Assembly (NCBI GenBank): GCA_951406725.2
Contig: OX597825.1
Span: 6,448,001-6,512,000 of the forward strand
Reading direction: 5' to 3'
Origin: Octopus vulgaris
Taxonomy: Eukaryota
Length of the DNA: 64,000 nucleotides
Each line of letters starts with the position of its first letter. Positions within the stretch are counted from its first letter, which is position 1. A model generated the notes under the pieces. That model was not told where the DNA came from, searched no databases, and saw only the letters and a list, made by a program, of their open reading frames with translations. The position numbers were made by a program, and so were the translations under genes. This document shows, piece by piece, positions 1 to 13,537 of this stretch.

Positions 1-323
1 TACAGCTACGAATAAAATTTGATAGCGTATAATGAAAGATTACCAAGGTGTAGATGATAAAACGAGACTTGACAATAGAGAAACTATTCGTAGGAAATAT
101 ATTTATTGCGAGATAAGAAATTTCATTTACGCTGTGCATGAATTGAATTCTTACACAGTATACACAAAAGCTGGTATTTATAAGGTTTTAAAACCTGACT
201 GTGTAATGTTTGTCTTCCTCAATGTTATAAGTAGCGTAAGAAAAGAAATAAAAGTTAATCCGGATATATTGATAAACTTGCCAATATCTCATCGTAGAAC
301 TATATTTGCGATCACCCATTGAA

Positions 324-467
324 ACCAATGATTCAGGCGATCTTGTCCCACCGTGTTGCGAAGATGAGTTTTTAATCTTATGAGGGTACAATAAGCTTCT
401 CAGAAGAACAAGACATGGCAGGATTCACGGTAAAATTTTCCCTGCAGTTTGAAGGAAATATTGAATG
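324..467 (-). mobile_element. hAT transposase C-terminal dimerisation domain remnant
   Basis: Minus strand reads NPAMSCSSE (frameshift) LIRLKTHLRNTVGQDRLNH, matching the hAT motif P.TS.S.ERSFS.L.R.KT.LR.TM.Q.RL. Confidence 0.7.
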
Positions 468-545
468 TTGGGAAGCTAATGTCTCTGTCCAAAAAATTGA
501 CGAGTGCAATTGTTCAAAGTTCCTTTTGGATAAGACTACCTAAAA

Positions 546-1203
546 CAGTGGTATTCAACCGGAGTCCATAGTGGAGACATATGGCCTAGTGGTTAGAGCA
601 GCGAACTCGCAGTCGAGGGATCGCGGGTTCGAATCTCAGACCGGGCGATGTGCGTGTTTATGAGCAAAAGCACCTAAGCTCCACATGGCTCTGGCAGAAG
701 GTAATGGCGAACTTCTGTTGACTCTTTCGCCACAACTTTCTCTCACTCTTTCCTCCTGCATCTTGCAGCTCACCTGCGACGGACTGGCGTCCCATCCAGG
801 TGGGGAACCTATACGCCAAAGAAACTAGGAAACCGGCCCTAATGAGCCAGGCGTGGCTCGAGAAGGAACAAACAACTGGAGTCCATATGGCTCCTGAGGG
901 CCCATGTAAGATATTTGAGAGTCAGCATAACAAAATAGTAAATTGGGGATCTACAAAAGTATTTTAAGGGTCCCTAAAAATATTGCTCTAGATGTATGTA
1001 CTGGTGTGTATTGCAAGTAACAGCGAGGTTTCTTTCTCTGACATTTTGCATCGTTCAGCCTACACAAGTGATAAAGCAAAATAGAAATTTTGAAAGAAGT
1101 TTCTATAAAAATAGTTTTTAAACACCAAATAGCTATGGGGGTCCACCAGAACAGAATAGTAATCAAAGGGAAGTTCATAGATAAAAATGATTGAGAACTC
1201 CTG
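546..1203. mobile_element. hAT-like MITE interrupted by a SINE
   Basis: Imperfect TIRs CAGTGGTATTCAACC / GATTGAGAACTCCTG; the right arm recurs at about 1895-2015; no matching TSD seen. Confidence 0.6.
571..872 (+). mobile_element. tRNA-derived SINE (family C) with 15-bp TSD
   Basis: A box TGGCCTAGTGG, B box GGTTCGAATCT; TSD CAAC(C/T)GGAGTCCATA at 556-570 and 873-887; related copy at 9295-9535. Confidence 0.85.
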
Positions 1204-1273
1204 CTCTATGTATTTGATTTCAATCTATTTTCCATCAAAATGTATTTGTTAAAGTAAAAGGTGCGAAGTTCAA

Positions 1274-1671
1274 GGCGGCGAGCTGGCAGAATCGTTAGCA
1301 CGCCGGGCGAAATGCATAGCGGTATTTCGTCTGCCGCTACGTTCTGAGTTCAAATTACGCCGGGGTCGTATTTGCCTTTCAACCTTTCGGGGTCGATTAA
1401 ATAAGTACCAGTTACGCACTAGGGTTGATGTAATCGACTTAATCCGTTTGTCTGTCCTTGTTTGTCCCCTCTGTGTTTAGCCCATTGTGGGTAGTAAAGA
1501 AATAGGTGTTTCGTCTGCCGTTACGTTCTGAGTTCAAACTCTGCCGAGGTCGACTTTGCCTTTCATCCTTTCGGGGTCGATAAATTAAGTACCAATTACG
1601 CACTGGGGTCGATCTAATCGACTGGCCCCCTCCACAAAATGTTCGGGCCTTGTGCCTAGAGTAGAAAAGAA
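1274..1671 (+). mobile_element. SINE family A, with the central domain present twice
   Basis: GGCGGCGAGCTGGCAGAA head, GAGTTCAAAT B-box-like motif, core GCCTTTCATCCTTTCGGGGTCGATAAATTAAGTACC; many copies in this window. Confidence 0.85.
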
Positions 1672-1773
1672 AAGACGAGAAGTTCATGGATGGACTTCGT
1701 TTTATCATAAGTCTTCCATTTAAGATCCGATCGAGGGTAAAACAACTATAATGACTTTCTTAAGCCTAAAGTC

Positions 1774-1849
1774 ATGTCTAGGTGGGTGGTGCGAGGCTAT
1801 TTAAGCTTAGAATGTCTAGGTGGGTGGTGCGAGGCTATTTAAATTTAGA
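1774..1849. repeat. 38-bp tandem duplication
   Basis: ATGTCTAGGTGGGTGGTGCGAGGCTATTTAA occurs at 1774 and 1812. Confidence 0.9.
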
Positions 1850-3391
1850 GTACCTATCCTGATCAGTGATAGAAAGCCTCGATTATCGTATAGACGAGAT
1901 GTTCAAAATAGGAATTTGAAAAGATGTTTCTCTAAAACTTTTTTTAATCACTAAATGGCTATGGGGATCCACCAAAATATAACAGTAATCAAAGGGGTCC
2001 ATAGACCTAAAACCTCTGATTTATGTGATCGGCCGTATGCATGTGTGTGTCTATGTAAAGATGGTGCGAAGACATACGGCCATGGCAAAAATTGATCTCT
2101 TCTGTTATCAGCTCCTGCCTTTCTCCCAAATTCTTGCATAGGATCCTCTCTGTATTTACTTTTTCTGGAACGTGGATTAGGAAATCTATGTCAATTCTGG
2201 TGAAGCTAGGAGCTAATTTGCATAATGGTTTTAATACGATGTTTAGTAAATTGTTTAAACATAGACTGACGTTTGTTCTGCGACATTTAAGCATAATTTT
2301 AAATAAAATGGTTAGGGGACCTTCAAATATGGTGTATGGAAGCCCCTTGAGTTGTTATTGTTGCTAATATTGTATTACTACCGAAAGATCTCTGTTAAAG
2401 TAGTTGAGTTGTCTCGCAATACTAAACCCGTCACGTCCTCTCTTTCGCACCATAAATAAAACTAGAAAAATTCAATGATGGTTGCAAAAAACAAACAAAA
2501 AAACCTGCAACATTTAGTTTATTGGCGCAAATGATTTTTCATGTCAGTTTAGCGTTGGAATGTTGTAGAAAAGAGTAAAGGTGTTTTGAAAAAGAATATT
2601 TTATGAGTCTTTCCTGAGATAAAGAAAATATCTTTTTTTTAAATGCTTCAAAAATTTTGCACCATAATATCAAAAATATGGTAACTTTACATACTTGAGG
2701 CGAGTGAGAATTGATTGGTCGTAATTTTTCAGAAGTTTCTACAGCAATGTTTCTCGGCTATTTCCTCTTTGGAGAATTCCACAAATAAATTTCATGACTG
2801 AGGAAATCTCTTCCAAACAATTATTATGTACTTTTACTCTTCCTTTCCTTTCTTTTTTTTTCATGGAGTTAAATCTCATAAAGCAAAGAATATATTTTTT
2901 TCTAATAGCAATATATTTTAAGCAATATATTTTAAAGAATTTATTTTTTTCTGATAACTCGTTTTAGCGAAAAAAAGAGAGTAAAATATTGTTTCTTTTC
3001 AAATTTATTTAGAATGCAGAAAATAACAGAAATTAAACTGCTTGTCCATGAGACTGTTTTCATTAAGAAAGCTTGCATAAATAACCGACCTCGTGTACAA
3101 CGCGTATTAACAGAATGTACAGACGACTACAACAAGAGAGAGAGAGAGAAAGAGTAAGAGAGAGAAAAATTAACAAAGAGTTTTCTTACAGTAATAAAAA
3201 CATACATAAACAAGACCTCGTAATAAGTTAATCAAAATAGACATAAATATGCTTAAAATTATAAAATCCGTATAACATCTGTAAATGATGAGTAAAAACG
3301 AAAAACGAAAAAATAACGTGAATAATGGGCGTCTGTACCTGCACACTAGAAAACACAGGTAGAAATGATGGGAAAACAGGGCTGTAGAATC

Positions 3392-3394
<3 letters not shown>

Positions 3395-3453
<59 letters not shown>

Positions 3454-3465
3454 GTGTGTGTGTGT
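3395..3465. repeat. (TA)n/(TG)n microsatellite
   Basis: Directly visible. Confidence 0.95.
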
Positions 3466-5617
3466 AAGTACAGTAATAAATGGAGAAATGGTTTGGTCCA
3501 ATCTCGGAGGACAGATCAAAGGAGAAAATTTTAATTTCGGTCTCATGTTTTTTAATGTGGAAGTTCTTTAAAAATACTTTCATGTGGTTGTGTCCGCGCG
3601 TGTGTGCGAGAGAGTCTTCCGTATGTATTTATATATTATGTATATTGAAAGACTTTTAAAATCTATGTTTCTAAAAATAAGATGTTTATAGATGAAAGTT
3701 AATTTTCTTTCTCTCACTTCCAAGAAATAGCGGATCATGTACTGAATGCACCTAGTAAGGAAGAGCCATGATTTCCCAGGTTAACCACTAACCAATCATG
3801 AACGAAAACAATTCAATTGGTCCATTATGTTTCCAATATATTTCAAAAGTTTAATTGAATAGTTTTAGACTAGAAATCGCTATTTCCCATGTAATAACTT
3901 TTCACTATAGGGCAACACGTGTTTGAAAAAACTCTGACTCTGAATTGTAAACGATCCAACTAAACTGTTGACGAATGTTAAGGTGTTGTGTTTATATAGA
4001 GATGTCTTTTGTATTACACAACGAGGGATTGCTGTTATGAAATCAGTGTCTACACCCCACAAAATACACCGGAAACAGTTTGTGAATTTTGTTTCACGAT
4101 TGCTAAACTACTAACGTTCTACGAAGAACTGAAAAATATAAATTCCATGAATTTCTTCCAGGTTGTAATTATTATTTCTATCTATAAGAAATTTCCGCTT
4201 CATGAAATGATTAATTAACACATTACAGGTTATGTCATGCTAATGAGTTCTAAAAAGAATGAAATAATGTTTTACGTGATTAACATTTTGACCGGCCACC
4301 TAGAATGAAAAAAATTCGTTATTTTGTTTAAAACCAAATTTCCCATCAATTTCACATTAAAAGTCCACTTTTCCAGTAGGGTCTCCTTACTATCGATAGA
4401 TTCCAGGATTTCCCTACTTTAGGGAATATGTTGCGCAGATATAATAAAATGATAACAATAAAAACTAAACATTAAAATGACTGCAAATACTTTTGTATGT
4501 CATTAGCTTATTTATTATTATTTATCGCGGAATCCTTAGCAATCTCATGGAAACTTAGGGCACCGGTGCACCTGGTCGGGAATGCTTATCTACAACCTGT
4601 GTGTGTATGTTCGAGAGTGTGTATGCATGTTTGTGTATGTGTGCGCGTATATGTATTAAACAGGACATAGTTGGTGTTTCTGGGGGTGACGACGATGGAG
4701 CTTACTATGATTATGGCGATGGCTTTCGGCATCCTCCCACCATATTATCTTCTTTTGTCATAGCGACCAGATACAAAAACAATATCCGACCTTCTCTGTG
4801 AAAAGAAAATGGCAGAGTAAATTTTTCGATGGATCACTTAAACAAATTAATTCTTCTCAGACGATACATCAACAGTCAACATAAAGGGGTCGTGGACAAA
4901 TGATAAGATCGACTAAAACAGTTTTTTTCCGTTGCATCCCATCTTCTATAAAGTGTTGCATTTCGCCTCTTCTTCCTTACAATATGGGCGTTCTTGAATT
5001 TCCCTGTCACAAACTTCACAACCACCATTAAAGGGTAAAACATTTATTTTTACAGCAGGTGAGTTAAACGTGATTTCAAGTCTGAGAATTAGAGCCATTT
5101 ACGCTTAAGTTTAAATTGAAATATATAAAGACAAGAAAGATAGATAGATAGATAGATAGATTAGCTAGATAGATAAATAGATCAGTGGATAGGAGAAAAC
5201 GATTCACCACTGGAAACAATTCTCCACTGATAACATTGTTAGAAAATATCTCTCACTTTGCATTTATAAATGTAACGGAATTGGAAGTTAAATTATGCAG
5301 CCGTATAAATACCAGATAACATTTATTTCAGTTTCGACTGAGATTTAAGTTTCTGCTTTGCAATAAGGCTTCACATTTATATAAATGAATGATATTTGAA
5401 GGAGGAACGGGATCTTTTCGTTCAGAAGTGTATTGGTGTGTTCGAGAACAGCTGCTAAAAATAATCATTCTTAATTAAGCTGTTTTCATTATTTTGACAG
5501 TTTCATCGGAAAAAGGTGATAAGTTGTCAAGCATATTGATAGAACCATCACCGTTTCTGCACTATGTTATCAACCTCAATACTTATCTTTAATAACAATC
5601 CATTCCTACAAACAGTT

Positions 5618-6044
5618 TGTAGCGTATCTGATATCCTCAGTGTTTGAGACACAATAAGAATGATCTCGTTTGAGACTACAACCATCTTTGGCTAGTTTGA
5701 CCCTGTTGTGTCCACTGATCTGATTGGTTGGCATCTAGCGCGGTCTGTCTCCCTACTTATTTCACGCCAGGTGTAAAGCCAACCAATCACAGTCTTCGAA
5801 TAAGATGCCCTTCTTTGAGCCATTTTAACTCTTTAAATAAGCCAGCATTTTCACTATTCTCCGTCTTTCGGCTCCAGACCTTTTAAGGTCTAGTCACTGA
5901 CCACAGAGCTACTCAGCCATGTTCCAGTTCCAGCGACAGACGACCAGCCTGCCAGCCATGCTCCTGCTCCAGCTATGAAGACGCTATTATATACCAGCGA
6001 CAGACAGAACGTTTTCTTTTTTTTTAGGGGTCACCAACGCTACA
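5618..6044. mobile_element. Solo LTR (Gypsy-like)
   Basis: TG...CA ends with perfect 8-bp inverted termini TGTAGCGT/ACGCTACA; 4-bp TSD AGTT at 5614-5617 and 6045-6048. Confidence 0.75.
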
Positions 6045-7061
6045 AGTTAATATCTACCATGTGTGGGTACGTTTCACGCGGTAATCAATAGTGGAATAAA
6101 CATTTGATGAATATCATAGGTCTGTCAAAGAATCCTTCCATGATTACAACATAATCGTGAGACTTAACTATAAGTGATAAACTAATGGTTTGAAATATTT
6201 TAGCATGTCCTTTTATGAAGCTAAGATGTTAGCAATAATATCAAAAGTGTCGCCAGAGTTAAACTGTCAATTCAAAGCCTGGCTCTATTGGAAACGCTCG
6301 CCAATGTAGCAGCAGAAATTGTTGCTTATGGGAAGAGCGAAATACTAGCAGTTACAAATAATTTACTGGAACAAGTAAAGCCGATTTCATGGTATACGCA
6401 TATTTTCCTTCCAGTTTATATAACAACTGTAATGAAGAATTCATTCTCCGAGATGTTCTCTATCATGAATCACTCACTTGAGTTGATGCGACACTCGAAA
6501 TCCTTCTATAATTTATTGATTTACTGAGGTAAGACAAGTCGATGTTTTGTCACAGAACACGGCATTTATTCACGTACAAGACCTCATATGTTTTATCTAC
6601 TTTTTATCTGAGAAAGAAAATCTTAATAGAGCAACTGATATATCTATGAATAGTAATTGTTACTGAATAGTAAATGTTATATCTATGAATACGTTATACC
6701 TATGAATAGTAACATGCTATAGGTACGGAAACAGGATGTACAGAACATGATAATAAGGTCATAAATTTAGACGTCAAATATACTCTGAATATAAATGGAA
6801 ATGAGAAAGAATTTAGCAATGTACTAGCAGTTGTACGTTAATGTCTTGTACTATAAATTTTATATTTGTGCAGAGTCAAGGATGCAGAAACTGAAAGGAT
6901 TATCCATCAACTTCCCCAAGTTAGTGATATTATTTGGGTTCAGAACTGCTGCTAAGGTAATGTTGCTACGTTTCATGTCTTTGCGTAGAATGTATTTACT
7001 AGGTTGGATAGAAAGTTCAATCGCATTTCAAAACTGGAAAGAAACAATGCTTCTTTAGTCA

Positions 7062-7447
7062 TCTCTCTATATATAAACGGCAGTTTGTCTGTGTGTGTTT
7101 CTGTGTGTCTGTTTGGTTGTACCCTCACTCTGACCACGGCTTTCAACCGATTCTGATGAAACCTGGCACACACATAGCCCAATGTCATAATTCAAAACTA
7201 ACGCAGCGAGAATTTTGAAAAGTTCCCCCAGTTCTGAAAAAGATCGATAAATTCGACATGGGGTCGACAATCAGAAACACAAACCACAGATGGTCTAGGG
7301 GACGCAACTCGACCTTTTTAACTATCAAAAAAAAATTTACCATCATTTTTTCCCCCATTTTTTTGCTATTTTTTGGCTATAACTCTCTAAAAATGCTTTA
7401 TAGTTATTTCCCTTACAAACCCGAGCAACGCCGGGCAATACTGCTAG
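7062..7447 (+). mobile_element. Non-autonomous Helitron
   Basis: A^TC 5' end, subterminal CCCGAGCAACGCCGGG hairpin-like motif, CTAG^T 3' end; same termini at 53767-54155. Confidence 0.8.
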
Positions 7448-7605
7448 TAATTAATAAAATTAATCAAGAGGATATTTCCTCTCCCTATAACATAATCCCA
7501 TCTCTCTGCGAAATTGCTGACCCCTCCGGCATAAAATTCTTCAAGTTTCGAGGCAAAGAAACACCTAATTTTAAAGACATTGATAATTAATAAATTGTTT
7601 ACCCT

Positions 7606-8365
7606 TTAAATAATGTTGTAATGATCTGAAAAGACGATTGTCGGGTGGATCAAGGCCAAAAAAAGTAAGGAAGATAAGGCAAATCTTTCTGCAATTTTTT
7701 TGTGCAATGCTTCCGATTGACAACAATATTTCTCCGCATTAACCGCTTCACTTTGGTGTAACACTTCATGATAGGCGACACCTTTCCTACCCCACAAACA
7801 GAACATAACATTTTCGGTCGTAGTACTGGTTTAGGGATGGATTTTCCTTTTTCATTGAGTGTTAGCCATAATCGTTTTCGTTGGATTTGAGTATAGAGAC
7901 CCTACTTTTCCTTACTTGCAATAATTCTTCACATGATGGGTCTGGTAGCAAGTCTATTCTTCGATTACAAGTAAAGGACAACTATTAGATTAAGCTGAAA
8001 AGCTGTTATATGGTGAGGGACACATTGACCAAATTGGGACATGTTTCCTAGCTCATAAGGATGTTTTAAGACCGTAGTGTGAGTTGAATTGAACTATTTT
8101 GTTAACTCTCGTGCAGTTTGCCATAGATTTTCCTCAGATATGACTTTCAAAAGCTTAATGTTTACAGAGCCTGGTCATCCTGATCGAGAGGAGTCTGCAG
8201 GAAAACCTTCCCGAGCAAAACTGTCCAGACCCCTGTTTACATGTTCGGACATTTAAAGCTTCATTTCTATAGATAGAACGAATTTTTCTTGTTGCTTCTA
8301 TTGAAGAGGAACACCTTTTGTATTCGCGCAACATGAAGAGTCTGATATGCGTCTGATCTAAACTC
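7606..8365 (-). mobile_element. Decayed mariner transposase
   Basis: HIRLFMLREYKR...EAT (N-terminal HTH), MFCLWGRKGVAYHEVLHQSEAVNAEKYC (DDD core), PDNRLFRSLQHYL (PSDYHLFRSLQ-like); frameshifts and deletions. Confidence 0.85.
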
Positions 8366-9294
8366 GGGGGTAAAATCGATATGAAATCAACTGCTGTACT
8401 ATGAAGTAATATGCAAATAAAAAAATAAAACAAACAAACAATGGAATCATTAATGCAGCATCTCAGTAAATTGATAGCAAGAGAATGTAGGAATGCGAAT
8501 AGTATGATTAAGTTAAACGAAGGAATGGTACGAGCCTCAAATGCCCCACTATTTCTTCCTTTGCACTTGATAACCTCACAAAGTTTGCACTCATTCACCT
8601 TCAAACTATTAATTAACATTTTTTTTCATTTCTGTCGCATTTATCATTATATTTCCAAATCATATTTGAAATGTCAATCAAAATCTCCTAAAGCAATTAA
8701 CCCTTGTTTCATTTATTTATTTCATTATTCATTTATTTATTCATTAAGCAAAGTTGCCGTATAATGACTGGGAGCGGTTAACACACTGAACTTTAAATAA
8801 CATTTCTTTAATTGAGTTCACCATGTTCCTAGTATTTAGGTAAACGTCACAGTGACTCGAATAGAACACGTTACTAACCTACTGGTTAGAGACAGAGGTT
8901 AGTAAGCACCATGTTGCATTCTAGACATTTTAACCCTCTCTAACCGACAGTTAAATGCTAGTTGTTTAACCCCAGGTCATCACTGGTGGAGCATTCATAC
9001 GATCAAAGGCGTTGAAGTAGTTGTAAGCCTTTATTCTTAATGTGCTTGAGATTGGGTTATTTTGGTTTTTAAATCCACAACGATGATAATGACTGCTATG
9101 TCTAGCTGTTCATGCGACCAGATACAAAGCACCGTTGTAAATTTCAGTAACACGTGATAATTAATAATAATTAACAAGGAATTCCTTAATTTTTAGTGTT
9201 ACGTTCAAATCCTTTTAGGACCCGATGTAAAACATTTATGTTAAAAGATTCTCAACTGTTTCCGTAAATAAACCTTAGTATAAACTCTGTACGT

Positions 9295-9535
9295 AGAGGC
9301 GCGTGGCTTAGTGGTTAGGGTGTTGAACTCATGTTCGTAAGGTTGTGGTTTCGATTCCTGGACCAGACGATGCGTTGTGTTCTTGAGCAAAACACTTCAT
9401 TTTCACGTTGCTCCAGTCCACTCAGCTGGCAAAAATGAGTAATCCTGCGACGGACCGGCGTCCCGTCCAGGTGGGGAATTTCTACGCCACTGAAACCGGG
9501 AAACTGGCCCTTATGAGCCTGGCATGGCTCGAGAA
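9295..9535 (+). mobile_element. tRNA-derived SINE (family C)
   Basis: A box TGGCTTAGTGG, B-like GTTTCGATTCC; 3' half shared with 571-872. Confidence 0.8.
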
Positions 9536-9652
9536 ACATTTATTATATTTATTATAAATTCTGTAATCCCTTTATAGTTTTATTGCAGTAAATTCCTGGA
9601 ATAAAACAGTCTATTCTTTGTTAAACCTATCAGGTAACACCATCAGGATTAC

Positions 9653-9744
9653 ACAGTTGTTGTCTGGCAAAGAAATTCGCAAGATGCTATTTTCGATAAA
9701 ATGTTCTGGTTCATCAGTGGTTGCCATAGTTACTGCTATTAGCC
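9653..9744 (-). CDS. Candidate coding exon 3 of an unidentified gene: (G)LIAVTMATTDEPEHFIENSILRISLPDNNC
   Basis: Strong acceptor (T-run then CAG at 9747-9745); phase matches exon 9852-9886; donor uncertain (GTAATC at 9652 or GTTTAA at 9626). Confidence 0.45.
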
Positions 9745-9851
9745 CTGAAAAAAAAAGCATTAATAGAAAATGACGGGTATAATTTGATGAGATCGGGTAC
9801 AGAGGACTGAAGATGGTGGCGGCGGCGGTGATGGTGGTGGTTACCCAATAC

Positions 9852-9886
9852 CTGGCGATGACATACTCTGCCTGATTTCAGAAAAC
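9852..9886 (-). CDS. Candidate 35-nt coding exon 2: (W)FSEIRQSMSSP(G)
   Basis: Acceptor ATTTTTTCAG and donor CAG|GTATTG; keeps frame with both neighbours. Confidence 0.45.
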
Positions 9887-10144
9887 CTGAAAAAATATGT
9901 AAGTTTCCTGATATATTTATTATATTCTGATCTTAACCTACTTTCTGAAATTGAGTAACTAGATTTGACAATCCTTCGAATTAAAGAATTAAATCCTTCG
10001 AATTAAAGAATTAAATCCTTCGAATTAAACAAGGGTTAGTTGTGTTACCCTGTATAGGTTTGTGCCACAACGCATTGCCTGCAATAGTAGCTATTTAGAA
10101 TACAGTGGAAGCACGGGTTTGTTTTAATGAAATTATAAGGAAAT

Positions 10145-10300
10145 ATCGACCCCAGTGTGTAACTGGTACTTAATTTATCGACCCCGAAAGGATAAAAGGC
10201 GAAGTCGACCTCGGCGGAATTTGAACTCAGAATGTAACGGCAGACGAAATATCGCAAAGCATTTCGCCAGGCATGCTAACGTTTCTGCCAGCTCCTCGTC
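10145..10300 (-). mobile_element. SINE family A
   Basis: Reverse complement of the family A head and core. Confidence 0.8.
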
Positions 10301-11305
10301 TTAGAACGACTGAATTTCTGAACCTTAGATTTAGGGAATTAGATGTCTTCCTTTGGCCATTACTACCATACTTATCGACGTTGAGATTAACTTTATTATT
10401 CTTTGAAGAACGTTGTGGCTTCCTTACAAATTTCGTTTGGCTATTTCACTATTTGGTGTATTTAAAACGCCTTAGAATTTCTTTTGCTTCATCTCTTGCC
10501 AAATAATAATCTCTAGTCATTTATGTTTCCTTAATTTTTTACACACATACACATTCCTTTCTCTTATTTTTGTCAAAATTCTGAAGAATCAGAAAAAAAA
10601 AATGGACATATTTTGAGAGTTATTTACAGATTTTTAGAAATTTTTTGTGTTATTTCAACAGACGACCCCCCCTCTCCATCAACAAACAATGGATTTCAAT
10701 GTGTATGGTAGAGATAATGGTGTTTACATAGATGTTTTCCTTTTATGATTCTATTGATATTTTCGTCCATTTCAAATTTTCTTTTAAACTGTCAATTCAA
10801 TAGGTATATATCTTTTCTATTTCGGAATTCTAGACTAATTGATAATGCCTCAGTATTGAGTGCTTCCAATATACCTTCCACAATAATTAAATTGCTTGCC
10901 ACAAACTTATAAATATAAATATAAAATACTTTCGCAAACTAAACTAAATTAGATACAGTTTTCCCTATAACCCTGCTTTTATCGTCTATAAATAAAAGTT
11001 AATTATCTGCTAATGACTCAAATTCTTAGAAAGCCAAAACTGTAACTATAAAAGCGGTACATCAAATAAAAATAAAATAATTCGGTTTTAGACATATTGA
11101 AATGTGTCTTTTTTATGTTGAACCTCACAATGGTTATTTGTTTAGTTCTTCTTTATCGAGAAATTGAATGCAGTCAAACAGAAAGTTTAATTCTGTCTTG
11201 TAAATTGTTTGTTAAATGCTTTGTTTATGTTCAGCAAGTTAAAGAATTGAATTTCAATATCGACGGAGCGCTAAGCCTGGTTTCCAATAAGTAAAAAAAA
11301 AAATG

Positions 11306-11676
<371 letters not shown>

Positions 11677-11888
11677 TTGAATCGTCTAAGAGACCATAAG
11701 GCAGGGAAAAGATGCACTCGTATAACTGTTAGTAGAATGGGTATATCACCCCGAAGTACCAGTTACGCACTGGGGTCGATATAATCGACTTAATCCGTTT
11801 GTCTGTCCTTGTTTGTCCCCTCTGTGTTTAGCCCCTCGTGGGCTGTAAAGAAATAAGATTTACACACTCACTCACTAGGTAAACTCAC

Positions 11889-11908
11889 CAACGAAGTGAT
11901 GTCCCCAT
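11889..11908 (-). CDS. Candidate coding part of first exon: MGTSLR(W)
   Basis: ATG at 11908; consensus donor TTG|GTGAGT at 11888; phase 2 matches the next candidate exon. Confidence 0.4.
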
Positions 11909-12015
11909 TACACAAGCACGCATACACACACTTACAGCAGAAGCCTGCACACACGTACCTGACACATATAAAGAACAGGTATATGTACACACACAGACAC
12001 ATGCACACTCCAGCG

Positions 12016-12066
12016 AACTGATGCTGCAAGCTAACCAAACCTCTCTTCCTATAGAAAAAATGGCGC
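12016..12066 (-). promoter_or_regulatory. Candidate core promoter (Inr, weak TATA-like, YY1 motif)
   Basis: TCAGTT at 12021-12016; CTATAG about 30-35 nt upstream; GCGCCATTTT at 12066-12057. Confidence 0.35.
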
Positions 12067-12314
12067 CCAACATTTTGTCTTGGCTCTCTTGCAGCTGTCA
12101 ACGAACATATACTTGTATACATACACGCCGGTAGCAGCAGTAGATGACCGAAAATTGGTGACTGAGATAACAATGTATGTACGTTGACAGCAGTAATAGA
12201 GCGCTTTAGTTCTTATTTCTAGCAGTGTAGCTGTCCTAACACTCTCAATTGTATTTACTGACATTTATTGTTTTTCTTTTTGGTTAAACTGCTAACTCGC
12301 TGCCTCATTTAATG

Positions 12315-12435
12315 ATATATGTGTGTGCGTGTGTGTGTATATATATATGCATACATACATTCACACACACATATACACGTATTTATAAATAAACACATGT
12401 ACATATTTACTTAAATGTATATACGTACATACATG

Positions 12436-12503
<68 letters not shown>

Positions 12504-12638
12504 AATAGACATATGTACATATTTACTTATATGTATATACATACACACGCACACACACACATATATATATATATACATACACACATACATATATATATAC
12601 ATAAATATATATATATACATATTTACTCATATGTATAT

Positions 12639-12669
<31 letters not shown>

Positions 12670-12823
12670 TACATACATACATACATACATACATACATAC
12701 ATACATACATACATACATACATTATGGCTGCCCCCTCGTTATCGAGTATGGCCATTGCACGAAGCTTAACTGTTACTGGTGCTGTGATCGAATGTGACAT
12801 ACATACATACATACGTACACACA

Positions 12824-12878
<55 letters not shown>

Positions 12879-12895
12879 GCACACACACACACACA
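12315..12895. repeat. Compound (TA)n/(CATA)n/(CA)n microsatellite tract
   Basis: Directly visible. Confidence 0.9.
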
Positions 12896-13347
12896 TTGGG
12901 TACGATGGGTAAATCGTCGCCATTTTATATTTTTAATTTCTCGTATGCGCATTGTTTGGTTTTGATTTTCTGCTGGAAAAGCTTTGATCTTAAGTTATTT
13001 TCATTATATGGGAGATGGGGTTAAATCTATGCTATTTTAAAGGGCAGTAGATTGTATAGGGTCGAACAACCACAAGAAACACCAGGGTAAATTGCTCCAT
13101 ACCCTGAACTTCAGTTCCACAGAAAAGCATTTTGTTTTTTATATTGATGGAATCCATAAATGAAATAACTATCAAAATTTAATAAATACCAATCAAAGTT
13201 CAAACATAGAGTCTCCGTATTTCCCTCACATTTTTAATTTTTTGCTGCAATTAAAAACTACTTTTATCACAGACTCTCTTTGGTGAAATCTTTCCAACAG
13301 AGAGAATCTATAAAATATTAATGTTATAATAAAAACTATTTCACATT

Positions 13348-13537
13348 AGCGGCGAGCTGGCAGAAATGTTAGCATGCTGGGCGAAATGCTTCGCAGTATT
13401 TCGTCTGCCGCTATGTTCTGGGTTCAAATTCCGCCGAGGTCGACTTTACCTTTCATCCCTTTGGGGCCGATAAATTAAGTACCAGTTGCGTACTGGGAGC
13501 AATCTAATCGATTGACACCCTCCTCAAAAATGTCGGG
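13348..13537 (+). mobile_element. SINE family A
   Basis: Head and core motifs present. Confidence 0.8.

Noticed and set aside
32-322. 96-aa plus-strand ORF
   Set aside because: No recognisable motif or splice support; it abuts a hAT fossil on the other strand
571-645. tRNA gene (likewise the heads at 9295 and 40500)
   Set aside because: Each runs into a SINE body, with a TSD or sister copies, so these are SINE heads
2695-2738. Possible further minus-strand exon KLLKNYDQSILTRL with a GTATGT donor
   Set aside because: The acceptor lacks a pyrimidine tract and the peptide is unrecognised
5056-5058. 3-nt microexon TTTTTACAG|CAG|GTGAGT on the plus strand
   Set aside because: No supporting plus-strand gene found; could be chance
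7152-7162. CTGATGAAAC as a hammerhead core
   Set aside because: No stem II between the core parts; it lies within a Helitron
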